This document shows positions 24,858-36,232 of a stretch of DNA of 64,000 nt, piece by piece. The notes under the pieces were generated by a model. It made no database searches and was not told the origin of the DNA. It saw only the letters and a program-made list of their open reading frames with translations. This stretch comes from Moniliella sp. 'wahieum' (Eukaryota). Every line of letters starts with the position of its first letter. Within the stretch, counting starts at the first letter, position 1. Where the stretch lies: NCBI GenBank assembly GCA_003971905.1, contig RSEE01000024.1:620001-684000 (forward strand), given 5' to 3'. The translations under genes were made by a program, and so were the position numbers.

Positions 24858-26319
24858 ATGTCCTTTGGCAAGCTCTACAGCGGTAACGTCAACTTTTTCC
24901 GTAACTGGCGGATCCGTGCTGCGGCCAAGCTGGCCGGGCTCGACATCGAGATCGTCCCCACCAAGCCTGGCGTGGGCACCAAAGAGCCCGAATTCCTTGC
25001 CCTCAACCCCAAGGGCAAAGTCCCTGTTTGGCAAGGCGCCGATGGCCTTGTTCTCACCGAGTCGCGTGCCATCGCACTTTACTGTATGTCCCCCTACCTC
25101 GTTCTTTCCCTTCGACAGCGATGTGTTCTTCGGAACAGTTATCCCTGGCTAAATGGCGGCATGGTAGCCGCCGGGTCGTGTCGAAAACGCTTGCACATAA
25201 TGTGGCTGAGCTGTACAGGGGGTGACACCGATTGACCCGATCAAGGTTACTAACGCTATTGTCTTCGTTTCATCATTAGTCGCCTCGCTCGCCAAGAATG
25301 CCAAGCTCCTCGGCAACGATGAAGCCACATCGGCTCTCATCACTTCGTGGGTTGAATGGGCTGACGATGAGGTGTTGAGCAAGGCCATGAGTATCTGCTA
25401 TCCCAAGTGGAACATTGTGCCTTACTTCAAGCCTCTTGACGCACTGCAGCGCGAGGCCCTTGCCAAGTCGTTCTCTGACCTCGAGAAGACCCTGGCCAAG
25501 AAGACCTTCCTGGTTGGCCACCGCCTGACGCTCGCCGACATTTTCGTCGCTAGCAGCCTCCAGTTCGTCTTCACCTCCATCTACGGTGCCGAAACTCGTG
25601 CGAACTACCCCAATATTGTCCGTTACTTCAACACGATTTACAATGTGCCTGGTATTAAGGAGATTGCCCCGACTGAGGCGTTGCTCGCCCAGGACTATAA
25701 GTTCACCGTTCCTAAGAAGGAGAAGGCGCCCAAGGCTGCCCCTACTCCTGCTGCTCCCAAGAAGGAGAAGGCAGCTCCCAAGCCTGCTGAGGATGCCGAA
25801 GAGCCCGTGAAGGAGGCCCCTAAGGCAAAGAACCCTCTGGACTTGCTCCCCAAATCCTCGTTCATCAACGACGACTGGAAGCGGGTCTACTCCAACCAGG
25901 ACACCAAGACCCAGGCCATCCCTTGGTTCTACCAGAACTTTGACTGGGAGGGCTGGTCCATTGTCAAGTTCCGCTTCAAGTACCCTGAGGACCTGACGGC
26001 CATCTTCATGAGCTCCAACTTGATTGGTGGTTTCTTCAACCGTCTGGAAGCTAGCCGTAAATACTTGATGGGCACCGGTGGCGTGTTCGGCGAGGCCAAC
26101 GACTCCGAGATCCAAGGTGTCTTCATTCTCCGTGGCCAAGACTGGAAGCCTGTCCTTGGTGTTGCACCCGACATCGAATCATACGAGATCACTCCCCTGG
26201 ATGTGCGCAACAACGAGGAGGACAAGAAGTACTTCGAGGGTATGCTTGAGTGGGACCTTTCGGTTCCGTCGCGCTCGGGTAAGCCCCTGGCCTACCAGGA
26301 CGGTAAGATACTCAAGTAA
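24858..26319 (+). CDS. TEF4: Translation elongation factor 1B gamma (GST-like N-terminal plus EF1G C-terminal domain); intron 25084-25279
   Basis: FLALNPKGKVP, LTESRAIALY|F, TFLVGHRLTLAD, KNPLDLLPKSSFINDDWKRVYSN, FMSSNLIGGFFNRLEASRKY, DGKILK. Confidence 0.96.
25115..25214 (+). ncRNA. snR38: Intronic box C/D snoRNA, snR38/SNORD1-like
   Basis: Terminal stem ACAGC/GCTGT, D box CTGA at 25206-25209, guide CAGTTATCCCTG at 25136-25147 complementary to the conserved LSU rRNA CAGGGATAACTG, D'-like CTAA at 25149. Yeast snR38 lies in the TEF4 intron. Confidence 0.85.
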
Positions 26320-26806
26320 GCGCTGGGCTCCCTGCGTTCACTGGCTTGAATTTCATGGTTAGATTCTCACTTTGATGCCCGTTCATTTGGCCCAATATTA
26401 GTCCCTATTTCCTGTAGAACAAAAAATCATATGAGGAAGGGAACACCTAAACCAGTGGGTCAGAAGTAGGTTCAACATTGTGAATGGTATTAGATGTGGT
26501 AGTACATCTATGAAAAGAAGTATCTATTGAGGTGTTATTAAGGAGGATGTCGTTGATACCGATGGTGGGGAAGATATGCGTGAGGAAAATTTGTCAAGAA
26601 GTACCACCATCAACAACAGCTTTTTCTGCTCAAATTTGGCCTATAAAGCAGAGTGGCATGCTTTGCCCTCATCTCTGCTCCGGGCTCCGGTGAGGTTGCG
26701 GTCGACGAAGTAGAGCACAGGTAGAGCTGTGTGCGAGGATCGCCACAAAATGGCAGGGGGGCAAGGGGGCGAATCTGGCCGAGTTCAGCGCTGGCTAGCT
26801 GGGAGG

Positions 26807-27225
26807 TAAGATCTAAGATCCGAGAAGAAGCGGGGTGGGCGTCCCGAGAACAAGACCAGTTGTGGTTCACAGGGCGATGCGTCGCTGAAAAGCCGCACGA
26901 TATAAACACGCTCGTCACGCGTCACGCGTCACGAAGTTACGCGTGACAAAATCAGCGTTCAATAACATGTAACAGTGACTAGTGATCGAGTGATCATCGA
27001 TCATCGATCATAGCGATAATCGATAATCTATCGCGTGACAGTGACATGCGACATGCGACATACGATGCTGCGCCACACATCACCCATCACGCACAGCACG
27101 TCACGCAACACTTCACCTTTCAAACACGCTTCCCTACGTCATCGACGTCATCACGCCGTCGTCACCCCATCAATCATCGATCCTCAAGCCTGGCCTCAAG
27201 CCTCAAGGAGGCCTCAGGGCCTCAG
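26807..27225. repeat. Dense cluster of TNA+palindrome heptamers upstream of the SH3 gene
   Basis: TAA-GATC-TAA 26807, (TCA-CGCG)x2 26915, TAA-CATG-TAA 26963, TGA-CTAG-TGA 26976, (TCA-TCGA)x2 26994, CGA-CATG variants near 27045. Confidence 0.92.
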
Positions 27226-27308
27226 GTTGCTGCCAAGTACCAGCAGGTATACTAACCCCCAGCGGCGAGGCCCAGCCGCCACTCGCTCCGCCACTTCTTG
27301 CTCCCGGC

Positions 27309-28364
27309 ATGGCCAACCCACACAACGCATACATCATTGCCAATGTTCTCCAGGACGCCGACGAGTTGCGCAAACGCGGCGCCCTGACCCAATCCGCCGT
27401 CACTGCCATCACTGCCCCACTTGAGCCGTACCGCGCCCTCGCTGACCCCTATCTATCTGCCCCCGGCGGACATCCCCCGCCCCTTGGTGTGCCCCCCGCC
27501 CATATTTCCAGTGCCAGGGGGAGCGCCAGTGTGGAATTACCGGTCGCCACCCCTGAAACTGCCAATGCTCCGTCCGCCCCTGCAACTACCCCACCCTCCG
27601 CTTCCTCTGTTCCCGAGGACGGCACCCGACCATCCGTCGCCGACATCACCACGCGCCTGGATGGACATATAAGCGCCCCCTCCACCATCAAAGGGACCAG
27701 TGGCGTCCCGAAACGTGCTCCTCCCTCTGTGCCAGCCAAGATCCCTGCGGAGCATACCAACGACGAGAAGGGTGAGCGAGCCCGGGCAAAGTGGGATTAC
27801 AAGGCCTCCGCGAACGACGAGCTGGAATTTTCCAAGGGAGATGTGATATTGGTGGGTGAGCGTACGACGGAGGATTGGTGGAAGGGGCATCGGGTTGGCG
27901 CTGTCGGCGCAGAAATCCGGGACCGATTGTTCCCAGCCAACTATGTGGAAATGATCAAGACCCACTCTCTTTCCACCCGTGCGTCGCATGGGGGGGAGAA
28001 AGACCCGCCTCCCGCATACGGAACAGCAACTGGATCCAGCACTTATGGAGAACCGTACGGGTCTTCCACCACTTACGGGACGCCTCGCGCCACAGCGACT
28101 GGATATGGAGGTTACCAGAGTTATGGTGCTCCGCCCCCTGCTGGCGTAGGGTATGGGGCAGCGGCCCATGCGACCCCTCAACCCTTTCAGGCTCGCCCAG
28201 CAGCGGGGCTGGATCCATCCCCACCGCCAGTGTCCCCCGAGGACGCTCACCACAACCACCACACGGAGAAAGTATCCAAGGCGATGAATTCCAAAATCGG
28301 TCGCGCCGCCGTACGTCGTGTGGCGTCTGGTGCGGCGGCGAGGGTTGTGGGCAGTATCATCTGA
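27309..28364 (+). CDS. SH3-domain protein, Lsb1/Pin3-like
   Basis: SH3 domain ARAKWDY..DELEFSKGDVI..DWWKG..LFPANYV, PPAY motif, Pro/Gly/Tyr-rich linker, Pin3-type C-terminal helix. Confidence 0.88.
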   Translation: MANPHNAYIIANVLQDADELRKRGALTQSAVTAITAPLEPYRALADPYLSAPGGHPPPLGVPPAHISSARGSASVELPVATPETANAPSAPATTPPSASSVPEDGTRPSVADITTRLDGHISAPSTIKGTSGVPKRAPPSVPAKIPAEHTNDEKGERARAKWDYKASANDELEFSKGDVILVGERTTEDWWKGHRVGAVGAEIRDRLFPANYVEMIKTHSLSTRASHGGEKDPPPAYGTATGSSTYGEPYGSSTTYGTPRATATGYGGYQSYGAPPPAGVGYGAAAHATPQPFQARPAAGLDPSPPPVSPEDAHHNHHTEKVSKAMNSKIGRAAVRRVASGAAARVVGSII

Positions 28365-29115
28365 TCTGAAGGAATCATCGCCCATGCGCCATGGGCTTCT
28401 CTTGTTGGGAATGACCTGGACCGGTCTCGCTCACTCATATAGGGCCTTTTCAGGCCCTTTTGCGGTTCTGTTTTTTACTACCTCTGATCTCACCTTCCAT
28501 CCTTTTTGGACTCGACCCTTCTATGGACACATTATTTTGTGATCAGCTTGCAACCTTCCTTGAACAATTTCTAAATCTGATGAACTCGGACGCTTTCGGG
28601 CCGGACTTGGTCCATGATGATGTGCAATAACCCGTTGGTCTGGGTGGGATATATACAGACATGGAAGACTCATGTTGAGTTCTTACGTCTCACGCGTTGA
28701 TCGGCATATTATGAAGAACCAGTCAAGAAAACAAGTAATATAATAGTCTGCTCTTTCCAAGGCCGAGCCGCAGACCACTAGTACTACCACTAAACAACTC
28801 AGAATAGTACCAGTGGTTAGCATAAATGAAGGGCCCAAGGCTGAGACACCGAGACCCTATGAGGTCTCTGGTCGCCTCACAGTCCTGAGGAGCATGAGGT
28901 CTGAGTAGTACTAAAGAGTGAATACACTTGGGAGTGTTTAGAAGTTGAAATTGCGTAGGTGTATGTTCGAGGTACGAGAAGTGGAAGAGATGGAGAGACG
29001 GAAGAAAGGCTCTTTATTAGCAGAAGATGCCCTCCCCCAATAAACTCCCCGTAGATGAATGTTAGAATGGAGCGAAGGACTAGGCCGCTGAAAGAGGGTT
29101 GTAACGGGCAAGAAG

Positions 29116-30918
29116 TTAAGGTGGAGCCCGCCGGGGTTCAGAATATATGTGATCCGGAGCCATTGGATATCCCCCCGTTCTCGGGGATAAGGCGACGGAG
29201 GAAAATGGACCCACAAAATCGTAGGCCCCACCAGCCGTAGTTGGCAAGGATCCTTCCATAGAAGCGACCTGGCCACTCGTTTCTCCCCTACCACTCGGAA
29301 ACTCCTCTCCCCGGGGAGGAAGGGTGAGGCGGAGTGGTTCGTAGGGCAGGCCAGTGTCGGCGTAGGTGCGGAGAGACGAGTCTGGGGTTACAAGCCCCCC
29401 AGCTATTCCTGCGTGCGTATGGACCAGACCCGAGGGTTGATTGTAAGGTTGGAGAGGGTTGGGTCCATGGCTGTTGCGGCCACTGAAGGTCGGAAAGTGC
29501 GTGTTGTTTGGGGAAGCCAGGGGAGGGTACGGCTCGGAGGAAAGTTTTTGCTCAAAGAAGGATAGTGAGAAGGCAGGACGTGTGGGGAACATCGTCTGAC
29601 TTGAAGCCATGGTCGAAGGCCACGTCGAAGATCCACCAATTCCTGACTGGTGCTCGGAAGAATGAGCATCGTACACGCCACCAATAGACTTCCGTTCGAA
29701 ATCGGAGCGGGGCGGACCTGGTGGACCTGCTCTAGGCCCCGCGGGGGCAAAGAGCCATGGACTCTGATGATCGTGAGAAACAGATGTGGTATTGGGGCTG
29801 TACTCCCGTGAGATCCATGATTGGGAAGAGCTCCCCTCTGTGGGGAAAGACCAACGTTGTTGGTCCAGAGGCCAGTGCCCTTGCGCGGGCTTCTCCATCT
29901 CCCTCCCTTCACTCTGTCCAGGTTGATGGCCTGCACCCCCCTGAATAGGAGGAAATGAGATGGGATTGTACGCGCACCTCGTTTCCCCTGCTGGGATTAC
30001 TGTAGCCATAGAAGGAGAGGGGTTAGCTCCCTCAGATTCGGGAGGTTGAGACATGCTGGGATGAGGATAGGGACGAGCCAGGCCCATTTGAGGTATCGAC
30101 AAATGATCGTCCGGCCGAGGTGGAGCCAAAGAAGCGGGTTGGAGCGGCACAGATTGTTGCCTCTCGTCAACGGATGAAGACTGTGCACGGCGAGAACGTT
30201 GGCGGTGCTTCAAGGAGGGGATTTCCAATCCAGCGGCTCGATACGCGGCCCGCTCTTTACTGTATGGGTAACCATATAATAATCACATCAGCTCATGAAC
30301 GCAGGGAAAACGAGAGAGAGGAGTATGAGAAGCTCTATTAGTACACGTACTTTGAAGGGGGTCCCCTACGCATCAAAATGTCTGACCTGGTGCACTTGCG
30401 GCCCAGGTGGGCACATCGGCCACAAACAGGCATCTTGCGGTCGCACTTGGTTTTCCTGTAGTGACGGGTCAGCCATATCCCTGTACGCTCCACAAGGAGA
30501 CGAGGAAATAGGGGAAGCGTGCAGAAGAGAAAAGGGCGAGCGGAGAGGGAGTAAATTGAGAAGCCGGAGGGAAACGCAGAGAGAGGGGACTGCGAGAGGG
30601 ATTGGGAGTGGAAGATTGTCGGAAAGGAGCGTACCTTCGTCGGCAACTATCACAGGCCGGATTTCCCTCGTAAGAGGAATCGCTGCGGCGTCGCAAATTC
30701 TCAAGCGCGAGCATGGTTTGATCAAGACTGTCTCCTGGACGGCGTAAGGGGGGGTTGGAGTTGATTTCTCCCACAGACGTTGGAACACGCTCGGTTATTT
30801 CACCTGCGCCAAGGTGTGGAGACACATTCTCCATCGAGACGTTAGGTACCGAATTGACGAGAGAGGGCGTCCAGTTCGGCTGATGGGCCGAACGGGAAGG
30901 AGGAAGAGGTGGTGGCAT
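29116..30918 (-). CDS. Zn(II)2Cys6 transcription factor; introns 30456-30634 and 30260-30350
   Basis: Splicing reconstitutes ACDSCRRR|KTKCDRKMPVCGRCAHLGRKC followed by RRGPP and a long Ser/Pro-rich exon. Confidence 0.88.
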
Positions 30919-32740
30919 GTTGACTCTTGGCCACGTAGTTTAGGGGGGGTTGGGCCGAGGGTGGGAACTTCAGAACGGTCTGAAGGGGCGCACGCGACCT
31001 AGGGAAAAGGAAAGAAGTCCAAGAGAAGGGTGGGGTGCGCACGGCCGGCCGTGTCTGCTCGACTCCCTGGCACAGATGGGCGCGAAGGTGGCGAAGGTGA
31101 CGAGAAACGAATGCAAAGGTGGTCGTTCACTGTATTCGCAGGGACTGCACGGCAGAAATGAGGACCCAGTAGGCGTCAGCCGAAAGACGGAGCGGGCGGT
31201 CCAACTTGGGAGTGAGCTGAAGGCGGTGGCAAATAAGAGAGAAGCCAGGGTGCAACACTCGCCACTATATGGAGGGAATTTATCCCCCCGGAAGACCCAG
31301 TAGATCACGGGTCGCGTGTCACAATGACATGTCACATCCCAAGGGCTTTCGCATATCCATGCCTCCGTCCTGTTGAACCATGCGAGCGCAGCAGGACGTT
31401 ATGATGTGTGAAGCCCGAGGGGTACTAGTGCCGCAAGAGCTCTTCAATGCATGTTTGGGATGAAACAAGGATAAGGCCAAAGGCCTAAGAACGGACTACA
31501 CAACTCTCGCTCTGCATCGCAGTCCCACCCCTGTAAGGTACGGTGATGAAGTCGATGAAGTCACCCCTGGATAGTATGCTACAGTGCCTGTTGCCCTCAC
31601 AACATAAGTGCCCACCTAGTACTACAGGACGAAAATGTGGGACAAGCTGGTGCAAAGGCGGCATCCCACTGTCTGGCCCCATTTTTCATCACATGTCATC
31701 GGTACTCAGTACCCAGTCTCTCTTCCGCTCGCCATTGACGCAAGGAGTGAGACGGAACACCGCAGTGTACCTTCTACACGTGAACCACTCATATACATCA
31801 TCAAAAGCGGCAGTTTGGTGCCTCCTGCCACCTGTCCCAACATGCCCTATTATGTATTACAGGAGCAGGGGGCAAAAGTGGCAAGACAGTGAATCGAGAA
31901 GGAGAAAAGAGAATGGGAAGCCATAGACAAGCCACATGGTACATACCGACATCGCCTCTCAGACTGTGAGCATTCACTGATCAGGCACCAATGTTGGAGT
32001 ACATCGAACACAACCAGAACGGGTCGGTCTCTCGAGTGATCTAGTGGTATATGAGTATACGACAGTCCTCCGCGCCGGGGGAAGGCACGCCGGGTTGTGC
32101 GAGGCGGTGCATGAGAGGCCTGGCTTAAGACGCCGGCGGCGACAAGATGCGTCTCTCGGTTCAATTTACACAGTGCTCTCGAGACCTCCGCCAGTGTGGC
32201 CATACAAAGTGAGAGGCAAGGGAGGGCAGTAGTAGAGACAGGGCACGATCATGCGTCATACGCATGCATCATGCGATCGTCGGGCCCATCGCCTAGCCGC
32301 TCCGTAGCGCTATATGTAAGTTCCTGGCCCCCTCCGTCGGTTACCGGTTGCACGTTACGCGTGCGCGTTACATGGGCATGGTACATGTTTCATCTATGTG
32401 GTTACATGGTACAATACTTGCGTCACATGTCACAGAACGGGCCACCGGGTCACAGCGTTCAGCTATCTATATACCACACAAGAGAACTCACGCGCTCATG
32501 TGGCTGCTGATAGCCCCATAGGACATACGGCAAAGGAAGGGGGAGCTCGAAAAGCGGACAACCTGTATGAGATCATGAGGCCGGAGGCCTGAAGAACAAA
32601 TGAGAGCGGGGCAACGGGGGCTAAAGCACATATACAGGCAGGAATTGCAGGCATTATGATGATGGGTGTTGCACTCAACAGATCAATACGCCTGCGGTCG
32701 GGACGGGGATCTATAGGGGACTAGAACGGGGAGAGTTGTC

Positions 32741-34298
32741 CATGATGCATGAGCGATGAGCGATTCTCGATTCCGTGAATATTGAATTGACCTGATGGTG
32801 AAGCTTTAAGTGTGACGGGTGACGCCACGCGTCACAGAGTACCCAAGAAAGCCATGTGTGGGAAGCGCCAGCAGACCCTGCGGATTGGCCGGCTCCGCCT
32901 GAGGCCTCAGATCCTAAATCTCAGACCTCGATGCCACACATGACGAATGTCACGTCACAAACTGCTGCTGTGCGTCCTACAGGCTACACTGTCACAGGTC
33001 ACCATGTCACATACGTCACATGTCACACCTCCCATACACCAGTTAGTTGCATGCAGAATGTTAGTACGTTCGTACTCCGTACTTGTGTATGTACGCCTGA
33101 ATCAGTATTCAGTACGTACCCAGTCCCCAACGCCAACGACGAACGTCAAGCGGAACGTCGAATGCCCACCTACTTAATAGCGGCTACGGTCTCAGTCTCT
33201 CAGGCAAAGAGCTCGCCGGCCAATGATTAATGAGCGCTGAGCGCGCTGAGCGATGATCAATGATCGCTGATCGCTGATAGTCATCGACCCTGGTGACCTG
33301 TGTTCTCCCTGCTCTGAATCTGACCCGCTCCGGCCTCACACTACTAGCGCTAGCTAACAGAACGCACTGACGCTTTCGAGGATAGTCCATAGCAGGTTCC
33401 CGTGATGCATGATGCTTGAGAACGGTAAGACCGGCGCGGCAGACCCAACACAACTGCTGGCCCGACCAAGTCTCCGACCCCGTAGTGGCCAAAACTATAA
33501 TCTGCCGTCGTTTGTGGCTTGGAGAGCAGGGCTTGAAGCTTGAAGCTTGATGCTCTCTCCTGGCTACCGTACGCATAGTCCACTCTGGCTACTGGCCACC
33601 CCATAATTAATTGGGGCTATTCTTCTACTGAATCTCAGTACCGAGCCTAAGCATCGCGCGTCCCTTTTGCAGAACGGCTACTGGCGTCACGCGTCACACG
33701 TCATCGATCATGCGTCACACGTCATCAATGATCAGCATCGACGTCATCGCGTCGCTGCCAGTGCCAAACTTCATCGATCATCGCCTTTTTCGCCACCCGC
33801 TACAGTCGGCGACGGTGTAGTCGCATGTCGCATGTCGCATGTCGCGGCAGGCCACCGCTCCTATCGGCGTTCGACTTGGTGCTTAAAGCTTAAAGCGTAT
33901 CCCAACTCAACGTCTCAACGTCTCAACTCTCGAGGCTAGCCCTGCCTAACCGCGAAGTCTCGCGAAGTCTATCAGCACCGGCATAGAAGTACTAAGGAAG
34001 CTGGCTTGAAGCTAAGCGCGCGCTAAGCACTCTCAAAAAGAAGCGTGGTCTGCGGCCTCCGCACCTCCTTCTGATGCCCGAAGCCTATCGTTAGGACTTC
34101 TAGGGCTTGAAATGGAAGGGCTCGACGCTGATGCGCTGATGTATGATGACCGGTGAGCGGTGAGCGCTCAGGCTGAGCGGCGACCAGGAGGGCGATGGTT
34201 AATGATTTCTGTAATAATCGATGGCTACTCGATCTAATCAAAGATCGAAGTCAATGACCGTGGTCCGATGACCGTCATCGACTCGTACTCAGTACTCA
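32741..34298. repeat. Densest field of TNA+palindrome heptamers in the window
   Basis: Units at 32743, 32776, 33016, 33224, 33403, 33534, 33687-33731 (six TCA at exact 7-bp spacing), 33821, 33884, 34147, 34289. Confidence 0.92.
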
Positions 34299-34320
34299 AT
34301 CTCTATGTTGTGTGCATTCC

Positions 34321-35040
34321 ATTGACAGAGCTTAAGGCTGGGACAGGGGGAACGCTACGTCTAAACCGAACCGTTCATCTTGCGGGGTGTTTGGAAGCGC
34401 CACTAAGGTTAAGGAACCAGGGGGATTGCCAGGATATCAGACCCTCCGGCTCTCGCCATCCGGTCCCGTACCCTAGGAAGCGCGTGTGGACACGGAGGAA
34501 CGTGGTTGACATACGAGCGAGGAACCATTTCCACTGAGACTTAGTAGCCAACTCCTTCCAACGCGCAAACAACTTGCCCGCCGTCTTGGTGCCGTAGTAT
34601 CCTCGCGTCGTCAAAACCAGGGGGAAAAACGGTTCTTGAGTGCGTCCCTGGTACTTGGCGTTCTTGTCGCATTCTCAGGCTTGTTCAAGCAGCCGAACAT
34701 AAGATCGGCGGGTCATCGTACACACTTTTACGTCATAGACACGTGCCGACCGGTGCCACGTTCCCAGCCACCCGCAGCCAGAGATCTCTATCTCTACTCC
34801 ATATTGCCGTGGGAAACGCCTGTGCACTTTTTACATAAGCCTCACGTCAGCCACCGGGGCCGCCGCCACCCACGCCAGCCAGCGAGTATCGGTGATATTG
34901 TTTTCCACGTGGAAGGGTTCCATCGTGGAACGTGGCTACGGTGGCGATGGTGGGCCGGGGACGGTGGCTAAGGTGGCGACGCAGCACCAAGCTGGGGCGA
35001 AGCCCCAGCCGACCGGGCCATAGGCCCGGTGGTCCTCCTC
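34321..35040. repeat. Diverged dispersed repeat A, direct copy of 52842-53455
   Basis: Both copies start ATTGACAGAGCTTAAGG, share ctaaaccga.ccgttcatc, aaccagggg, ccagga.atcag and ggacacgga, and end near gccataggccc..ggtcct. Confidence 0.85.
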
Positions 35041-35894
35041 GTATTTTCCGTATACGATGCTTGATGCATGGTGTGGCATGGTCACACATGTGTGTCGCAT
35101 GTCGCGTCACATGTCACACGAGGAAGTGCTATCGGATGATATTCTTAGTGCCTTCGCAGCCTCGCTTGCTTCTGTTGGGGGGTGCTGGGGTTCCCCTGCA
35201 CGGCCCTCGGTGGATCGGTGACGCTCACTTAACCGGGCGGAAGAGTTCCGCTCGCAGGGCGCGCACGCCCTGCTCGCTTCATCTCCCTTCTCTTTCTCCT
35301 GTCTCCTTCCCTTCAGACGTTACCTGAAGACTTATGGTCCGCCACTTTGCCTTCACGCCTTGTCTGAAGGCTGCTTTGCAGCTGAACCATTCTAGCAGCT
35401 TCGTCTCTGTTTCGCTCTGTCAACATCTATATACCAGTGCGGTGGGGCTTAGACAGGAGGGGGTTACCAAAACAGGGTCAGCCAACAGTCAGCATCCTCG
35501 ATCAGTGGGGATCCTTTATCCCACCTTCCATTCTCGTCCCTTCCCACCTTTCTTGTCCAACTCCTGACGGTTTCCGGCCAAATGATTGAGTAATGCAGGC
35601 AACCTCTCGTCTCCACTTAGCTGCCTCATCTTCATCATCCAACCTCGTCCTCCAGCTTTCCATCCGCCCAGTCACGCGAGCCTTCCTTCAGCGGCGTCGA
35701 TTCGCCCTACCACAGCGTATCGCGTGGGTTCCTTTCACAGCTACGTCCACAGCCGCCCCCGCCCAGCTTCAGCCCTGGCAGTCTTTGTCCTCCACAGCAT
35801 CTACCCCCGTCCCTAAGCTCCGGAGGCTTCAGACACGTTGCTACCCCCAATCCGGCGCATACACGGCCTTTCCGCGCGTGCGGCCGCCACGGCT

Positions 35895-36089
35895 TCACGC
35901 CCAAAGGCTTCTCCTCGGCTCGGATCCATCAAATAGCCCAAACCCGAAACTACCGCAGTCGGCAGCCTTGTGGCCATGCCGACGGCAGTGGCGGCACAAC
36001 TCTCGGCGTGGATTGAAGGAACACTGTGCGCGAGTGTGGTCGTTGGTGCCGCAATGGGGGCACCGGCGGTGAGTACGGGTAGGGGGCAT
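35895..36089 (-). CDS. 64-aa ORF with two CCHC zinc knuckles; possibly the head of a decayed gag-like or Air/Gis2-like gene
   Basis: CPHCGTNDHTRAQC and CRHCRRHGHKAADC both match CX2CX4HX4C. Start context AAAATG. Confidence 0.6.
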   Translation of the reverse strand: MPPTRTHRRCPHCGTNDHTRAQCSFNPRRELCRHCRRHGHKAADCGSFGFGLFDGSEPRRSLWA

Positions 36090-36232
36090 TTTAAGGGAGT
36101 GGAGGGACGCGTCGACGCGACTCTGTCATATGCCCGTTAGTTGGCGCAGCCCCCCCCCCGTCACGTGCAGGTCGGGGAGCAGTAGGGTTGCACACTTTTT
36201 GGTGGGTACTGCCATATGGTAATAGAAGATGC

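Noticed and set aside
25276..26139. 287-aa antisense ORF over eEF1B-gamma
   Set aside because: Shadow frame caused by strong codon bias in a highly expressed gene.
33687..33731. CRISPR-like repeat-spacer reading of the TCA-N4 arrays
   Set aside because: Repeats are 3 bp and spacers 4 bp, spacers derive from adjacent bases, the context is eukaryotic and there are no cas genes.
33906..33928. (CTCAACGT)n as a member of the heptamer family
   Set aside because: The period is 8, so it breaks the rule. It may be a mutated unit amplified by slippage.
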